DNA of 64,000 bases from an uncultured Clostridia bacterium (GTDB taxonomy: Bacteria > Bacillota > Clostridia > Christensenellales > UBA1242), in assembly GCA_944382715.1 (NCBI GenBank), contig CALWNC010000002.1, positions 8,738 through 72,737 on the forward strand, read 5' to 3'. The translations under genes were made by a program, and so were the position numbers. Below the pieces are notes generated by a model. It saw nothing but the letters and a program-made list of their open reading frames with translations, had not been told where the DNA came from and ran no database searches. This document shows, piece by piece, positions 47,005 to 57,900 of the stretch; the stretch's first letter is position 1; each line of letters starts with the position of its first letter.

Positions 47005-48147
47005 TTATTCATTATCTTTTGTTGTATATCTATCTATTTCATAATTTAATTTATCAATTTCATCATTTAATTTTGCTGTTTCATTAATTATATCTTCCTT
47101 ATTATTTAATAAATATTTAAGATAATACAATTTCTCATTTTCAGAAAGTTTTTTACTATTCGCAATAATATTAAATATCTTTTCATACACATCATATTTA
47201 TATGATAAATTCATAACTTTATTTTTTAATCCATTTATTTTGTAATGTCTAATATTTTTATTCATGAAAACATAATCAAAAAATGTTTCATCGTTTATGT
47301 TAATTGGTTCAATTTTTACTTCTTCTAATATTTTTTCATCTATATTGGTTGTTGAAAACTTTAAAAAACTTTCTAAAGTATACATATGAAATATTCTATT
47401 ATTTGTTTCAGACATAAATTCTTTTCTTAGTTCAATCCTTGGACCTATCGTTTTTCCATTTATTATATTCCACCAATCAGGTTTTTTATCATTGGTTATA
47501 AATATTACATCTTTATTATTATCCTTAGCATATTTAATAATTTCTTTCCATATTATTAAATCACCATATATATTATTTAATATATCACTGTTCTTTTTTT
47601 TAGACTCATCTTTATATCCAGGAGGAATTTCTTTTTTGAATCTTTCTTCGCCCTCTTTTTCAATTAATGCTATTTCGTCAGAAGTATAACTAATACCTGT
47701 TTTACCTTCAAATAATTCTAGTAATTTTTCTAATATTATATCCTTATTAAAATCTTTTACTAACAAATTTTCATTACAATGTTTATCAATCCATTTATTT
47801 AATTTATTGGAGTAATTTAAACATTCCTCATTTGAATCATTTATATTAAATACATTAGATAATTTTTTTAAATATGTTTTAGTTTCTTCTTTTAATTCTT
47901 CATAATTTTTTATATTATCTAATATTATCTTTATCCTGTTTTTCATAAATTCTTCTGCTATTTGATGAGGCATCCAAATTCGATCTTTAATTTTTTTAAT
48001 GGCATCAAAAAATGCGTCCCTCGCATCATTTGTTAAGCCATACAATCTTAAAAATATATTTGTATCAAAAATAAATGTTGCTTTATTCCATAATTTTGAT
48101 TTTTCAGTTGTATTTAATTCAATATATTCCTTTATAGAATTTCTCAT
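47005..48147 (-). CDS. PIN-like domain protein (380 aa) with a coiled-coil C-terminus
   Basis: ATFIFDTNIFLRLYG...DRIWMPHQIAEEFMKNR and DVIFITNDKKPDWW blocks, typical of stand-alone PIN-like nucleases. Confidence 0.55.
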   Translation of the reverse strand: MRNSIKEYIELNTTEKSKLWNKATFIFDTNIFLRLYGLTNDARDAFFDAIKKIKDRIWMPHQIAEEFMKNRIKIILDNIKNYEELKEETKTYLKKLSNVFNINDSNEECLNYSNKLNKWIDKHCNENLLVKDFNKDIILEKLLELFEGKTGISYTSDEIALIEKEGEERFKKEIPPGYKDESKKKNSDILNNIYGDLIIWKEIIKYAKDNNKDVIFITNDKKPDWWNIINGKTIGPRIELRKEFMSETNNRIFHMYTLESFLKFSTTNIDEKILEEVKIEPININDETFFDYVFMNKNIRHYKINGLKNKVMNLSYKYDVYEKIFNIIANSKKLSENEKLYYLKYLLNNKEDIINETAKLNDEIDKLNYEIDRYTTKDNE

Positions 48148-48266
48148 ATGTCAATCTCCTAATAAATAGTATATAAAATTTTTATTAAAAATAAATAACC
48201 ACTTTATTTTATAAATGCTAAAATTATTATTTCATATAATTTTACTAAAATAGAATTGATTTTAAA

Positions 48267-50036
48267 TTATTCTTTTTTAGAAAAATATTGCTTTACTAAT
48301 AGTTCTACTCTTTGATTACAAGATTTGTCATTTATATTTTCTTCTTTTAATTTAATTAAATAATTGTATAAGTCATCTTTGCATTCTTTAATATTATTTA
48401 CTACAACTTGACATATTAAATGATTTAATTGCCATGAGTCTTCTGTGATATCATTTGTTATATTTGTTAAATAAAAATTATTAGACTTTAACAATTTAAG
48501 TATAGCTTTCTTTGTATCGTCATTATATGTATCAAAATTTTTAGAAATTTTTGCAATAATGCTTCCAATATTTTTTTTGTTTGATTGATTCAGCTCTTGT
48601 ACAATATCAAAGTTTTCTCTTTCCTTACAATAATCTTCATATTTTTTAGCCAACAACTTAAACTTATTATTATTTTCTCCAATTAAATTAAATTTAAATT
48701 GCAACTCTTTTAATTTATTAAATAGTCTATCTTCATCAATAAAGCTCAAATCTAAATAATCATAATATGAACACCATTCATTTAAGAACTGATTAATTAG
48801 ACTATAACTATATTTGTTTTTGTTAGGCATACCCAGTATGTAGTCAAATCGTTTTTTTGCAGCTTTAATTTTATTTTTGTCAGATAAGTAAAAACAACTT
48901 TCAAAAAGAACTTTATTATTTTTATTATCCCCAAAAAAATCATCAATAAAAGAAATATTGTTTTTATCATTAACCAAATAAACACAATGTAAATACCTAT
49001 TAAAATTTGGCTCGATTGAATTTTGTGGTATACCAAATTTATTCTTATTATAAAATGTTATAGATCCTATAACCGAATTATCAAAAAACATTAAGTTCGC
49101 TTTATCTTTTATACTATTATTTAAATCATTGGTATATTTATGAGTAAAACTTTCAATTGTTATATACATACAACATCTAAATAATATTTTTAAATCCACG
49201 TTTTTATATTTCTTATTGTTTATATAATTTTTCAAAATATTAAACAGTCTATTAGTTTTGATAAGTAAACGAAGATTTTTATTAAATTCTTTTAATCCAT
49301 CTTCTTCAATATAACCTTTATTATTTCCCAATATTTCAAGCATAATATCTTCTGGAGTTTCATCTATCGTGTATATTTTATCAAATACTTTTTCTTTATA
49401 TTCTCCTAAAATATCTTCACCCCAATTTACTTTAGAAACTACATAAGTTTTTTCATCAATCTCTAAATTATACTTATTTTTAAGTTTTCCATATTTACAT
49501 TTTAAATCTGCTAAAACAACAACTTTAAAACCTTGTAGTATTAAGTTATTTATATAACCCAATAAATCGTCATTTGAAATTAAATCGCTTTTTCTTTCAA
49601 AATCATCAATAACAACTAAATATTTCTTCTTTAGTTTATTATTACTTTTATTTAAAGAAATGCTATTGGAATCTATTTTTGCTTCAGCACTAACTTTTAA
49701 ATTATCACTTAATTTTAAATCATAATTAATTTTTGCATTAATATTAATTAATTTAACAGCACAACTAATTATTGTTAAAACTTGATTTTTTTTCTTATTA
49801 ATCAAATTGTATAGTTCAGTATTTACTTCATCTAAACTTTTTTTACCAAATAATGAAATATAATAAAATTTCCATTTTTTATGTTTCTTTTTAATTTTTT
49901 TATCATTTAAAAATAACTTAGCTTGATATGTTTTTCCAATACCCCAATCACCATCAAATAAAATTGCACTAAGATCACTATTTAAAAAATTATCTAATTC
50001 ATTATAAATCTCATTTACTTTCATAATTGCTCCCAT
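48267..50036 (-). CDS. KAP-family P-loop NTPase (589 aa)
   Basis: FDGDWGIGKTYQAKLF Walker A, LVVIDDFER Walker B, and a long helical C-terminus. No obvious TM insert. Confidence 0.65.
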   Translation of the reverse strand: MGAIMKVNEIYNELDNFLNSDLSAILFDGDWGIGKTYQAKLFLNDKKIKKKHKKWKFYYISLFGKKSLDEVNTELYNLINKKKNQVLTIISCAVKLININAKINYDLKLSDNLKVSAEAKIDSNSISLNKSNNKLKKKYLVVIDDFERKSDLISNDDLLGYINNLILQGFKVVVLADLKCKYGKLKNKYNLEIDEKTYVVSKVNWGEDILGEYKEKVFDKIYTIDETPEDIMLEILGNNKGYIEEDGLKEFNKNLRLLIKTNRLFNILKNYINNKKYKNVDLKILFRCCMYITIESFTHKYTNDLNNSIKDKANLMFFDNSVIGSITFYNKNKFGIPQNSIEPNFNRYLHCVYLVNDKNNISFIDDFFGDNKNNKVLFESCFYLSDKNKIKAAKKRFDYILGMPNKNKYSYSLINQFLNEWCSYYDYLDLSFIDEDRLFNKLKELQFKFNLIGENNNKFKLLAKKYEDYCKERENFDIVQELNQSNKKNIGSIIAKISKNFDTYNDDTKKAILKLLKSNNFYLTNITNDITEDSWQLNHLICQVVVNNIKECKDDLYNYLIKLKEENINDKSCNQRVELLVKQYFSKKE

Positions 50037-50369
50037 ATCTAAAAAATATTTAAAATTTAACTATTCTAATTATAATAAAATTAATATAAGTTGTAAATAC
50101 CAAAATAAAACCTTATAAATTTGCTTTTGGGTTCGTTGTTGTAGCATAGTTTTCGTAAAAGTCAACTGAAAAAATTATCACTTAAAATTTAAATAAATAG
50201 TTTAAGTCAGATAGAAATATCTGGCTTTTTTTTATTGCCATTTTTAATGCAATAATTTTTTCTTTTTCGTTGACTTTTACTACTTAATTTAAAATGAAAA
50301 AATCAATTAACCAAACAATGCTACACCTTCCTCTGCCAAAAGGCAAATTTATATAAGGAGGAATAAAAG

Positions 50370-50600
50370 ATGGTTAGTAAAACAAGTTATTACTTAAAAG
50401 AATTTGAGTTTTATGATGGCGAATCCTTTATAACATTCAACATTCTTAACTTCAACGAAGATAAAAACACCGTTGAAGTCGCCATTACTGATAGAGGTCG
50501 AATAACTGTTTCAGAATTTGACATCTATAAAGATTTTAATGGCAATTACATTGAGTATAAGCATATGCTCAACAAAATTTATTTAAAAAATTTTAATTAA
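50370..50600 (+). CDS. hypothetical small protein (76 aa)
   Basis: aaggagg SD. First gene of a tightly packed same-strand block. Confidence 0.5.
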   Translation: MVSKTSYYLKEFEFYDGESFITFNILNFNEDKNTVEVAITDRGRITVSEFDIYKDFNGNYIEYKHMLNKIYLKNFN

Positions 50601-50612
50601 AAGGAGTAAAAA

Positions 50613-51155
50613 ATGGAAGAAATCGAAATTGTAATCGGTTCTTGGGGTTCTTACAACGAATGCAATGAAAGAAGCCTTGGCTCTAAATGGTTAAGACTTT
50701 CAGAGTATTCTGACTGGGAAGAGATAGAAACCGAATTAAAAAATCAAGGATTTATACTCGATGGAATTGATGAAGAATTATTTATTCAAGATGTAAGTGG
50801 TTTTCCTGACACAAATGTAAATTGGGATTATATACACCCTAAAAGATTCTTTGAAATTTTAAAAGAATCTGAAGTTTTAGAAAATTTATATAAATGTGAA
50901 ACATTTGAAGCATTTTTAGAAGTTGAATCTTTTGATGAATTTGAACGCAGAGTTGAGAGTAAAGGCTCTGATTGGGACGAAGATATTTATTTGTATAGAA
51001 ATCAAGATTGGTATGACTTAGGTTATAACCTTTTACATGATTGCTATAAAATACCAGATTTTATTGATAGTTATGTAGATTATCAAAGATTTGGTGAAGA
51101 ACTTAGATTTGATGGCTATCAAGAATATAGTGATGGAATTATAGAAATTAGATAA
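50613..51155 (+). CDS. ardA: antirestriction protein ArdA
   Basis: Acidic 180-aa protein. N-terminal IVIGSWGSYNECNERSLGSKWLRL and C-terminal YVDYQRFGEELRFDGYQEYSDGIIEI match the Tn916 Orf18/ArdA pattern. Confidence 0.75.
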   Translation: MEEIEIVIGSWGSYNECNERSLGSKWLRLSEYSDWEEIETELKNQGFILDGIDEELFIQDVSGFPDTNVNWDYIHPKRFFEILKESEVLENLYKCETFEAFLEVESFDEFERRVESKGSDWDEDIYLYRNQDWYDLGYNLLHDCYKIPDFIDSYVDYQRFGEELRFDGYQEYSDGIIEIR

Positions 51156-51165
51156 GGAGAAAATT

Positions 51166-51579
51166 ATGAATATTGAAAGAGAAATTAAAAAACAAAAAGC
51201 TATTGAAAATTTAGAAAAATTAGATATTTATGAACCTTACATTAAAGGTTTTAAAGACGAAGATAACATTTGTTATTTTGAAAATTATGGTGGTTTTTGG
51301 GCTTGGCAAGAACCAGAGTTAATTGAAAAAGTAAAAGAGCTAGAAGAAAAATATAATTGTTTAGTATATGCAATTACTCATGAATACACTGAAATTGGTG
51401 AAATGTATTCTTTCTTAATTGTTACTGATTATGAAGAAGAATTTGATATGTTACTTGAAAATTATGGAAATCAATATTACGCATTTGCATATGTTTGGAA
51501 CAAAGATGATGAAGATAGTAGCGAATTTGGAACTGTTGTGCTATCAAGTTTTGGTGGTGGAATAAGGAGGATTGGCTAA
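51166..51579 (+). CDS. hypothetical acidic protein (137 aa)
   Basis: Tightly packed in the ArdA block with an SD present. No motif. Confidence 0.5.
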   Translation: MNIEREIKKQKAIENLEKLDIYEPYIKGFKDEDNICYFENYGGFWAWQEPELIEKVKELEEKYNCLVYAITHEYTEIGEMYSFLIVTDYEEEFDMLLENYGNQYYAFAYVWNKDDEDSSEFGTVVLSSFGGGIRRIG

Positions 51580-51886
51580 TATGGAAAAACAAAAAGTTTA
51601 TATGATTCAATTAGATTATACAACACCAGATTATGATGATGTAGATACATACCTATTCAAAAACAAAGAAGATGCTATAAAAGAATTTTTTAGACTTATA
51701 GATGTTGAAAAGAAAACATCTTGGGTTAAAGATGCTTACACAAATGGTGTATTAGATACTGAACAATATGATTTAGATACCAATATTGATGATGATACTG
51801 CTGAAGAATATTTCTGGACAATAAGTGCAAATTATGATTGGTATTACAGAACAAGTATTGAATTAAGAATTATGGAGGTTCAATAA
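51572..51886 (+). CDS. hypothetical acidic protein (104 aa)
   Basis: Overlaps the upstream gene by 8 nt. No motif. Confidence 0.5.
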   Translation: MANMEKQKVYMIQLDYTTPDYDDVDTYLFKNKEDAIKEFFRLIDVEKKTSWVKDAYTNGVLDTEQYDLDTNIDDDTAEEYFWTISANYDWYYRTSIELRIMEVQ

Positions 51887-52093
51887 ATGAAACCATTTAA
51901 AACATACGCTTTTATTCAATCATTAAATTTTGGAAAAATAAACTCTACAAAGCAAGATGAAGTTGAAATAATTGAAGAATTAGCAAACAATCAATATAAG
52001 GCAAAATATCGTGGTGTTATATGCACTGCGATATTTAATTGCTTTAATTGTTGCTACTATGTAGATGATGTTTATGGAATTATAAAGGAGTAA
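51887..52093 (+). CDS. hypothetical small Cys-containing protein (68 aa)
   Basis: Start abuts the upstream stop. The CTAIFNCFNCCYYVDDVYG block resembles small ORFs I recall from Firmicutes conjugative elements (from memory). Confidence 0.45.
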   Translation: MKPFKTYAFIQSLNFGKINSTKQDEVEIIEELANNQYKAKYRGVICTAIFNCFNCCYYVDDVYGIIKE

Positions 52094-52097
52094 AATT

Positions 52098-52343
52098 ATG
52101 AGAAATTTAAAAGAAGTTAGACCTTTACTTAGTGCAATTTATTGCATTAATAGAACAGGCTCAAAAGATGAAGATATTGAAAAAATACTTGATTATGCAT
52201 TTAGAAGATTGTTTGACCAAAATACTAACTTATTAAAACTAGCTTGTATTGGAAGAACAAAAGAAGAATCAATGCCTGAAATTAAACAGATTTTAAAAGA
52301 AGATACTTTTATGGATGTTGACTATGAAAGTAATAGCAAATAA
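52098..52343 (+). CDS. hypothetical small protein (81 aa)
   Basis: Packed ORF with no motif. Confidence 0.45.
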   Translation: MRNLKEVRPLLSAIYCINRTGSKDEDIEKILDYAFRRLFDQNTNLLKLACIGRTKEESMPEIKQILKEDTFMDVDYESNSK

Positions 52344-52539
52344 TAAATATGGTTATAAGTTGTGCTATTCATTAAAAACAAGAAAAAGAAAGTTAATAAT
52401 AGATTGTGTAACTAATACATATGGTTTAGCACGATTTGAAAAACAACAAAGATTAAAAACAAGCAATATAAGAGATTGGTATATATTGCCAATTAGAAAA
52501 AGAGAATATAAGAATCTTTGGAAAGACTGTCCGTTTTAG
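52324..52539 (+). CDS. hypothetical basic small protein (~71 aa)
   Basis: Packed ORF. The likely start is MKVIANN at 52324. Confidence 0.4.
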   Translation: MKVIANNKYGYKLCYSLKTRKRKLIIDCVTNTYGLARFEKQQRLKTSNIRDWYILPIRKREYKNLWKDCPF

Positions 52540-52572
52540 GATGGTCTTTTCATTATTTTAAGAGGAGGGAAT

Positions 52573-53208
52573 ATGAGTAAATTAAATCTTGCTACGAAAA
52601 ATGCAGAGCAAGAGAAAATTAAACAATACTTGGAAAATAATGCAAATGAAATACTAATTAAAAAAATAAATGAAGGTGTCAAAATTGTAAAAGATAACAA
52701 GTCTGTTATAAACAAAAAAGACCTAGATGGTTTTTGGAATTATGCAATTGAAGAAGCACGAAAACAAGTTAACAAAAATGCTAGAGGTGCAATAGTTGAA
52801 GACCAAATTGTCTATAGTTGGGCTATTCATTATTTTGAAGAAGATTCAATTGAAGGAAGTCTTTTTAACGAAGATGGCACTGAATATAAACCACAAGCAA
52901 AGATTGAGCCAAAACAAAATAATATTGTTGAAAAGCCAAAAAACAATCAAGAATCATTTTTTGATATTTTAACAGCCTCACAAGAAAAACTGCAAAACAA
53001 TGCAAAAAATACAGAAAAAATAGTAAAAAATATAGAAATAAATGAAAATAATTGCGAAAATCAAAATTTACAAGAAGATTATGAGCCAGATATTTTATTT
53101 GATGATAACTACACTATAAATAAAGTTACTGGTGAAGTAATACAAAAAAATGAAAATGATTTTGAAAAATTAAACAATTTACTTGGTGGAAAATTAATTA
53201 TTAAATAA
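52573..53208 (+). CDS. PcfK-like protein (family that includes the Cas9 inhibitor AcrIIA9)
   Basis: KIKQYLENNA...DGFWNYAIEEARKQVNKNARGAIVEDQIVYSWAIHYFEEDSIEG matches the PcfK block. A PcfJ-like gene follows immediately, as on pCF10. Confidence 0.5.
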   Translation: MSKLNLATKNAEQEKIKQYLENNANEILIKKINEGVKIVKDNKSVINKKDLDGFWNYAIEEARKQVNKNARGAIVEDQIVYSWAIHYFEEDSIEGSLFNEDGTEYKPQAKIEPKQNNIVEKPKNNQESFFDILTASQEKLQNNAKNTEKIVKNIEINENNCENQNLQEDYEPDILFDDNYTINKVTGEVIQKNENDFEKLNNLLGGKLIIK

Positions 53209-53220
53209 GGAGAAAAATTT

Positions 53221-54540
53221 ATGAGATTTACATTTAATGACATTAAGCCAATACCAAAATATATTGAGAGTCTAATTAAAAAGAAGGATAAGAAAAATTA
53301 TAATTATTATTCAGGTCACACTAGATTTTACAGCTATTTAGCAAAATTAAAAAATGAACTAGTGCAAGTGTATGTTGCAGTTAAAAGTAAAAATAAGAAA
53401 TGGTATTGCAAACAAGTTGCCGTGCATTTTATGCATGAAAATGAATGTATGGTAAAAGATATAGAATTTTATTATTTTACTGGATATGTTGTTGGTTGGT
53501 ATGAACAGGGACTTACAAAATCTCAAAAATGGTTTGAAAATGGTTGGGACATAGCTTATGATAAATACTTTAATATGAACTCATTAGTTGTAAATAAAGA
53601 ATATGCACTCAAATTCAATAGATATAAATACTCTGCCGTTGATAATTATTACGGTACAAACATTTTGAAATACTTAAGGATTTATGAAAAATTTCCTATT
53701 GCTGAAATGTTAGTTAAACTAGAACTTCAAAATTATGCAACTAGCAAAATGCTATTAAATAAACTTTCAAAAGATAAAGCATTTAGAAAATGGATATACA
53801 ATAATAGATGTGAAATACAAATAAAAGGGTATTATGTATCAACAATTTTGAATGCCTATAAAGATAATAAAAGTTTATCACAAACTCAAAGATTTGAAGA
53901 AAATAAAAAGTACTTTTCTAGACAAGATAATTTTAAACGCATAAAGAATTTTATAGACAAAAGTGAATATGCTAAATTTTTTGATTATCTAAAAAGTAAT
54001 GACATAGATTTGAATTCATATAATGATTACCTTTCAGCATGTGAATATTTAAGGTTAGATTTGAGTTTGGCAAAAAATAAAAACCCACATAATTTTAAAA
54101 AATGGCACGATATTAGAATTGATGAATATAACACTGCAAAGGCAATGGAAGATTACAAAAAACGCAAAATGCTATATAAAAAGTTTGAAAAAGTAGCAAA
54201 AAAATACTTATTTATGCAATCTGATGCAGAAAATGGTTTTGTTATAGTAATTGCAAAAAGCCCAGCAGAACTTATTAATGAAGGTGAAGTTTTACATCAT
54301 TGTGTTGGCAGAATGAACTATGACCAAAAATTTGTAAAAGAAGAATCTTTAATATTTTTTGTGAGAAATAAAGAATGTATAGACAAACCATTTGTTACAC
54401 TTGAGTATTCATTAAAGACACATAAAGTGCTTCAATGCTATGGTGAATATAACAGTCAGCCGAGTGATGCAGTGATTGATTTTATTAAGAAAAAATGGCT
54501 ACCATATGCTAACAAAAAATTAAAAATGATGGTGGCTTAG
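53221..54540 (+). CDS. PcfJ-like protein
   Basis: C-terminal LINEGEVLHHCVGRMNYDQKFVKEESLIFFVR...PFVTLEY block characteristic of PcfJ. Confidence 0.65.
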   Translation: MRFTFNDIKPIPKYIESLIKKKDKKNYNYYSGHTRFYSYLAKLKNELVQVYVAVKSKNKKWYCKQVAVHFMHENECMVKDIEFYYFTGYVVGWYEQGLTKSQKWFENGWDIAYDKYFNMNSLVVNKEYALKFNRYKYSAVDNYYGTNILKYLRIYEKFPIAEMLVKLELQNYATSKMLLNKLSKDKAFRKWIYNNRCEIQIKGYYVSTILNAYKDNKSLSQTQRFEENKKYFSRQDNFKRIKNFIDKSEYAKFFDYLKSNDIDLNSYNDYLSACEYLRLDLSLAKNKNPHNFKKWHDIRIDEYNTAKAMEDYKKRKMLYKKFEKVAKKYLFMQSDAENGFVIVIAKSPAELINEGEVLHHCVGRMNYDQKFVKEESLIFFVRNKECIDKPFVTLEYSLKTHKVLQCYGEYNSQPSDAVIDFIKKKWLPYANKKLKMMVA

Positions 54541-54548
54541 GAGGTATT

Positions 54549-54860
54549 ATGAATAACTATTTTAGAATAACTGGCTATTGGCCAGAAAACGATATATGTT
54601 TTATTATTGATAGCAATGGAATGTTTGAAAAACTTTGGCAATTTAGTTCCTTTCTAATTCAGAAGGGGATTAAAGTGCTTGAAGCGTCAAAAGAAGAACA
54701 AATGCTTGATGTTAATATTAAAAATGTTGAATATGACAGTAATCACATATTCTTAAGAGCAAATTCAAAAGGTAAACCAGAATATAAAGAAGAAACCATA
54801 AACAACATTTCCTATAAAGCAATAAAGGTTGCCGACAAAATTTATATTCCGAATAAATAA
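54549..54860 (+). CDS. hypothetical protein (103 aa)
   Basis: Last ORF of the block. A hairpin follows at ~54866-54897. Confidence 0.45.
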   Translation: MNNYFRITGYWPENDICFIIDSNGMFEKLWQFSSFLIQKGIKVLEASKEEQMLDVNIKNVEYDSNHIFLRANSKGKPEYKEETINNISYKAIKVADKIYIPNK

Positions 54861-54914
54861 AAATAAAAAGCCAGGAGTAAACCTCTTGGCTTTTTAATTT
54901 GCTTATTATTTTAT

Positions 54915-57900
54915 TTAAACTTCCCAATACAACTTAGGATAATTTTCACCATCAAATATCCATATATTATTTGGATTTATTATCATATCTTCATTAGATA
55001 TAAATTCTCCATAATTAATAAAATTAGGATTTTTTAGATATTCATCATTTGTCATGCTAGTTTCTATTTTTATTGTTTCTGATCCACCACCATTATATGT
55101 AACTTGTTTTGTTATAGTAGAATTTGATGATTCATAACAATTATACATATTACCTATTTTAATATATATACCGGTTGCATAACTAACTGCCCATGTTCCA
55201 TCTAATCCTACTGCAGTAATATCACCAGCAATAAATGAGTTACTAATGACTCCTTTATTTTTTACAACATATGCACCACAATAAATAGAGCACTCATCTG
55301 CATAAGATCTTAAATTTGCAGAACTATAACAATATGAAATATTACCATAATTATTAATAGCAAAGTTTGCTATATAGATATTATCATAAGGTCTTGTAAC
55401 ATTAATTAAGCCTTCTATGTAACAATTTCTTATTGTTCCATTATTATTTATTACAATAGCTGCCGCACAATTACGAGCTTGTAAGGAGGCATTTATTTTA
55501 CATTTATCAATTGTACCATCATTAGTATTTGATATTACTACTGTTTCACTTCCAGTAATTGTTGCATTTTCAAAATTAATATTATAAATATAACCTTTAT
55601 TATAATAGAATAAAGTATTTGAAAGATTTATAATGCTATATCCACAACCATCTATAATTCCTGTAAATGGGTTATTTTCACCTCCAAATGTAGTAAATGA
55701 AGAGCCTTCCAGGTTAATATTCTGAGTGAGATAATAATTCCCATCTAAATTATTTTTAATATTTAAGAATTCAGAAATATTAGAAATTGGAATAAAAGAG
55801 TTGTCTTGTGACCATACAGCCCCAAATTGTTTATCTCCATAACTACCAGCTTCAATAATTAATTCTTTTGTTGGTTCCGTTAAATCAGATCCAATCCAAC
55901 CTTCAAAAATATAACCATCTCTTATAGGGTTATTAATATAAATATCTAAATCTTCTATAGTATATGAAGTAGCATTTTCAGTTATTATTTTTCCATCGTT
56001 TAAACTATAAGATATTCTATAAGATAAAAGTTCCCACATTGGGTAAACTAATGTATTTTCTGGTATACTCCAAGTTGAAGTAGAATTTCCATAATTATCT
56101 GTTAATTGGACTCCGGTTGCATTCATACCAGAATACCAACCATTAAAAATATATCCATTTTTCTCAGGAATAGGCAAAGTATATGCTGTATCAAAAGTTA
56201 CATTTTCAGTATTATTACTTAATATAACATCATTATCAACAATCATTGTTACTTCATAATCATTTGCTTCCCATTTAGCAGTATATGTAATTGGATAATT
56301 ACTCATTACAAATGAATATGTATTTTTACTTGTAATGAGTTCTGTTCCATTAAACCAACCAACAAATTTATAACCTGCATTTGTATTAGCAACAATAGTA
56401 ACATTACTATTGAACTCTTTTAAACCTGAGCCTTCAACGCTACCAGCATTGTTATTATTAGTATTAAGAGTTAATTGATATTCATTAATTTTGTAATGGG
56501 CAATTAGTTCTGCTTCATATGGTTTATCCCATATTTCTATGGATTCACCTAAATTATTTGTATATTGCTTATTATTTGAATCAAACCAACCTAAAAATAT
56601 AGCTTCTTCTCTAGTAGGTGTTGGCAAAGTAAAGTGCTCACCATATATAAGTTCTTTTGTATTTTGTGATAAGGTATTTCCGTTATTAACATCTAAAGAA
56701 ATTAAATATTTGTTAGCTGACCAAACAGCAGTAAATTCAATATTTGTATCAGGAATTGTTACTTCTAAAATTTCAGATGATGATACTATAACATCATTAG
56801 AATACCAACCAATCCAAGTATAGCCAGCATTTGTAATTGCTGATAAAGTTTGTTTGCTATTATAATCAAAGTTACCAACTCCTTGTATTTGGCCAGCTTC
56901 ATTTATATTTTTAATAACACTAATATTATATTGATTTATTGACCACTGAGCATATAAATTTATATTCGATGGAATATTATAATTATTAAATATTGTTCCA
57001 GGTGAATAACTAGTCCCACTTCCATCATCTTTAGTATTCCAACTTTCTAATGTATAACCTTCTCTTATAAATTCAGAATTATTTTTCAATGTAACATAGG
57101 AATCATATGTTATATCTTGAAAGGATGAAATATTATTTCCAAAATTTGAAAAATAAGTTATTGTTAAATTTTTTGCAATCCAATTTGCTGTAATTGTTAT
57201 ATTTGAATTAATTGGCTTACTAAAATCGTAATCCCAGCCATTAAAAATATATCCTTCTCTAACAGGATCTTGATATGTTGCTAAATCACCTTCCTGAACT
57301 ATTTGATTGGTTATAAATTCACCACCTGCAGTATTAAAAGTTATGACATACAATGGTTTTCTACGAATGTTTATTTGATAGATTTTTTGTTCACCAACAT
57401 TATTTTCAATAATAATATAAAATGTATTATTTCCAACTTGTAAATCTACTGTTTTGGATTTTATTTCAGTTAACCCATTTATATCATAATATACACTCCA
57501 AGTGTTAGTTCTTGGAACTTCAATTATATTATTAAAAGAAAAAGTTTCAGCATTATTATCTACAACGCATGTAGCAGTTTGATTTTCATTATCAATTTCG
57601 AAAATGGTTGATTCTTCAATTCTAGGATTTCGTGGAATAAAAAAATAACATAATAAAGTTGTTAAACCCAGAATAAAGACTATAGAAATAGTAGTTATTA
57701 ATGAAGTCCAGAATCTTTTTCTTTTTTTCTTATTTAAACTATTTTCTTTATTTATTACTACCAAATTTTCATTTATTTCAATTTTGTTTTGATCACTATC
57801 ATTTTCTTTATTGGTTTTTACTAATTCATCTAGTGTAATATTAAAGATTTCTGATATTTTACTTAAGTATTCAATATCTGGGATTCCATTACCACATTCC

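Larger units (their letters stand above)
42193..54897. mobile_element. integrative (probably conjugative or mobilisable) element; left junction here, right end unresolved
   Basis: The left boundary is marked by a terminal large serine recombinase abutting a truncated host gene, with an inverted repeat at the junction. Downstream are ArdA, PcfK-like and PcfJ-like leading-region genes. The right boundary could not be located and may lie beyond the window. Confidence 0.4.
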
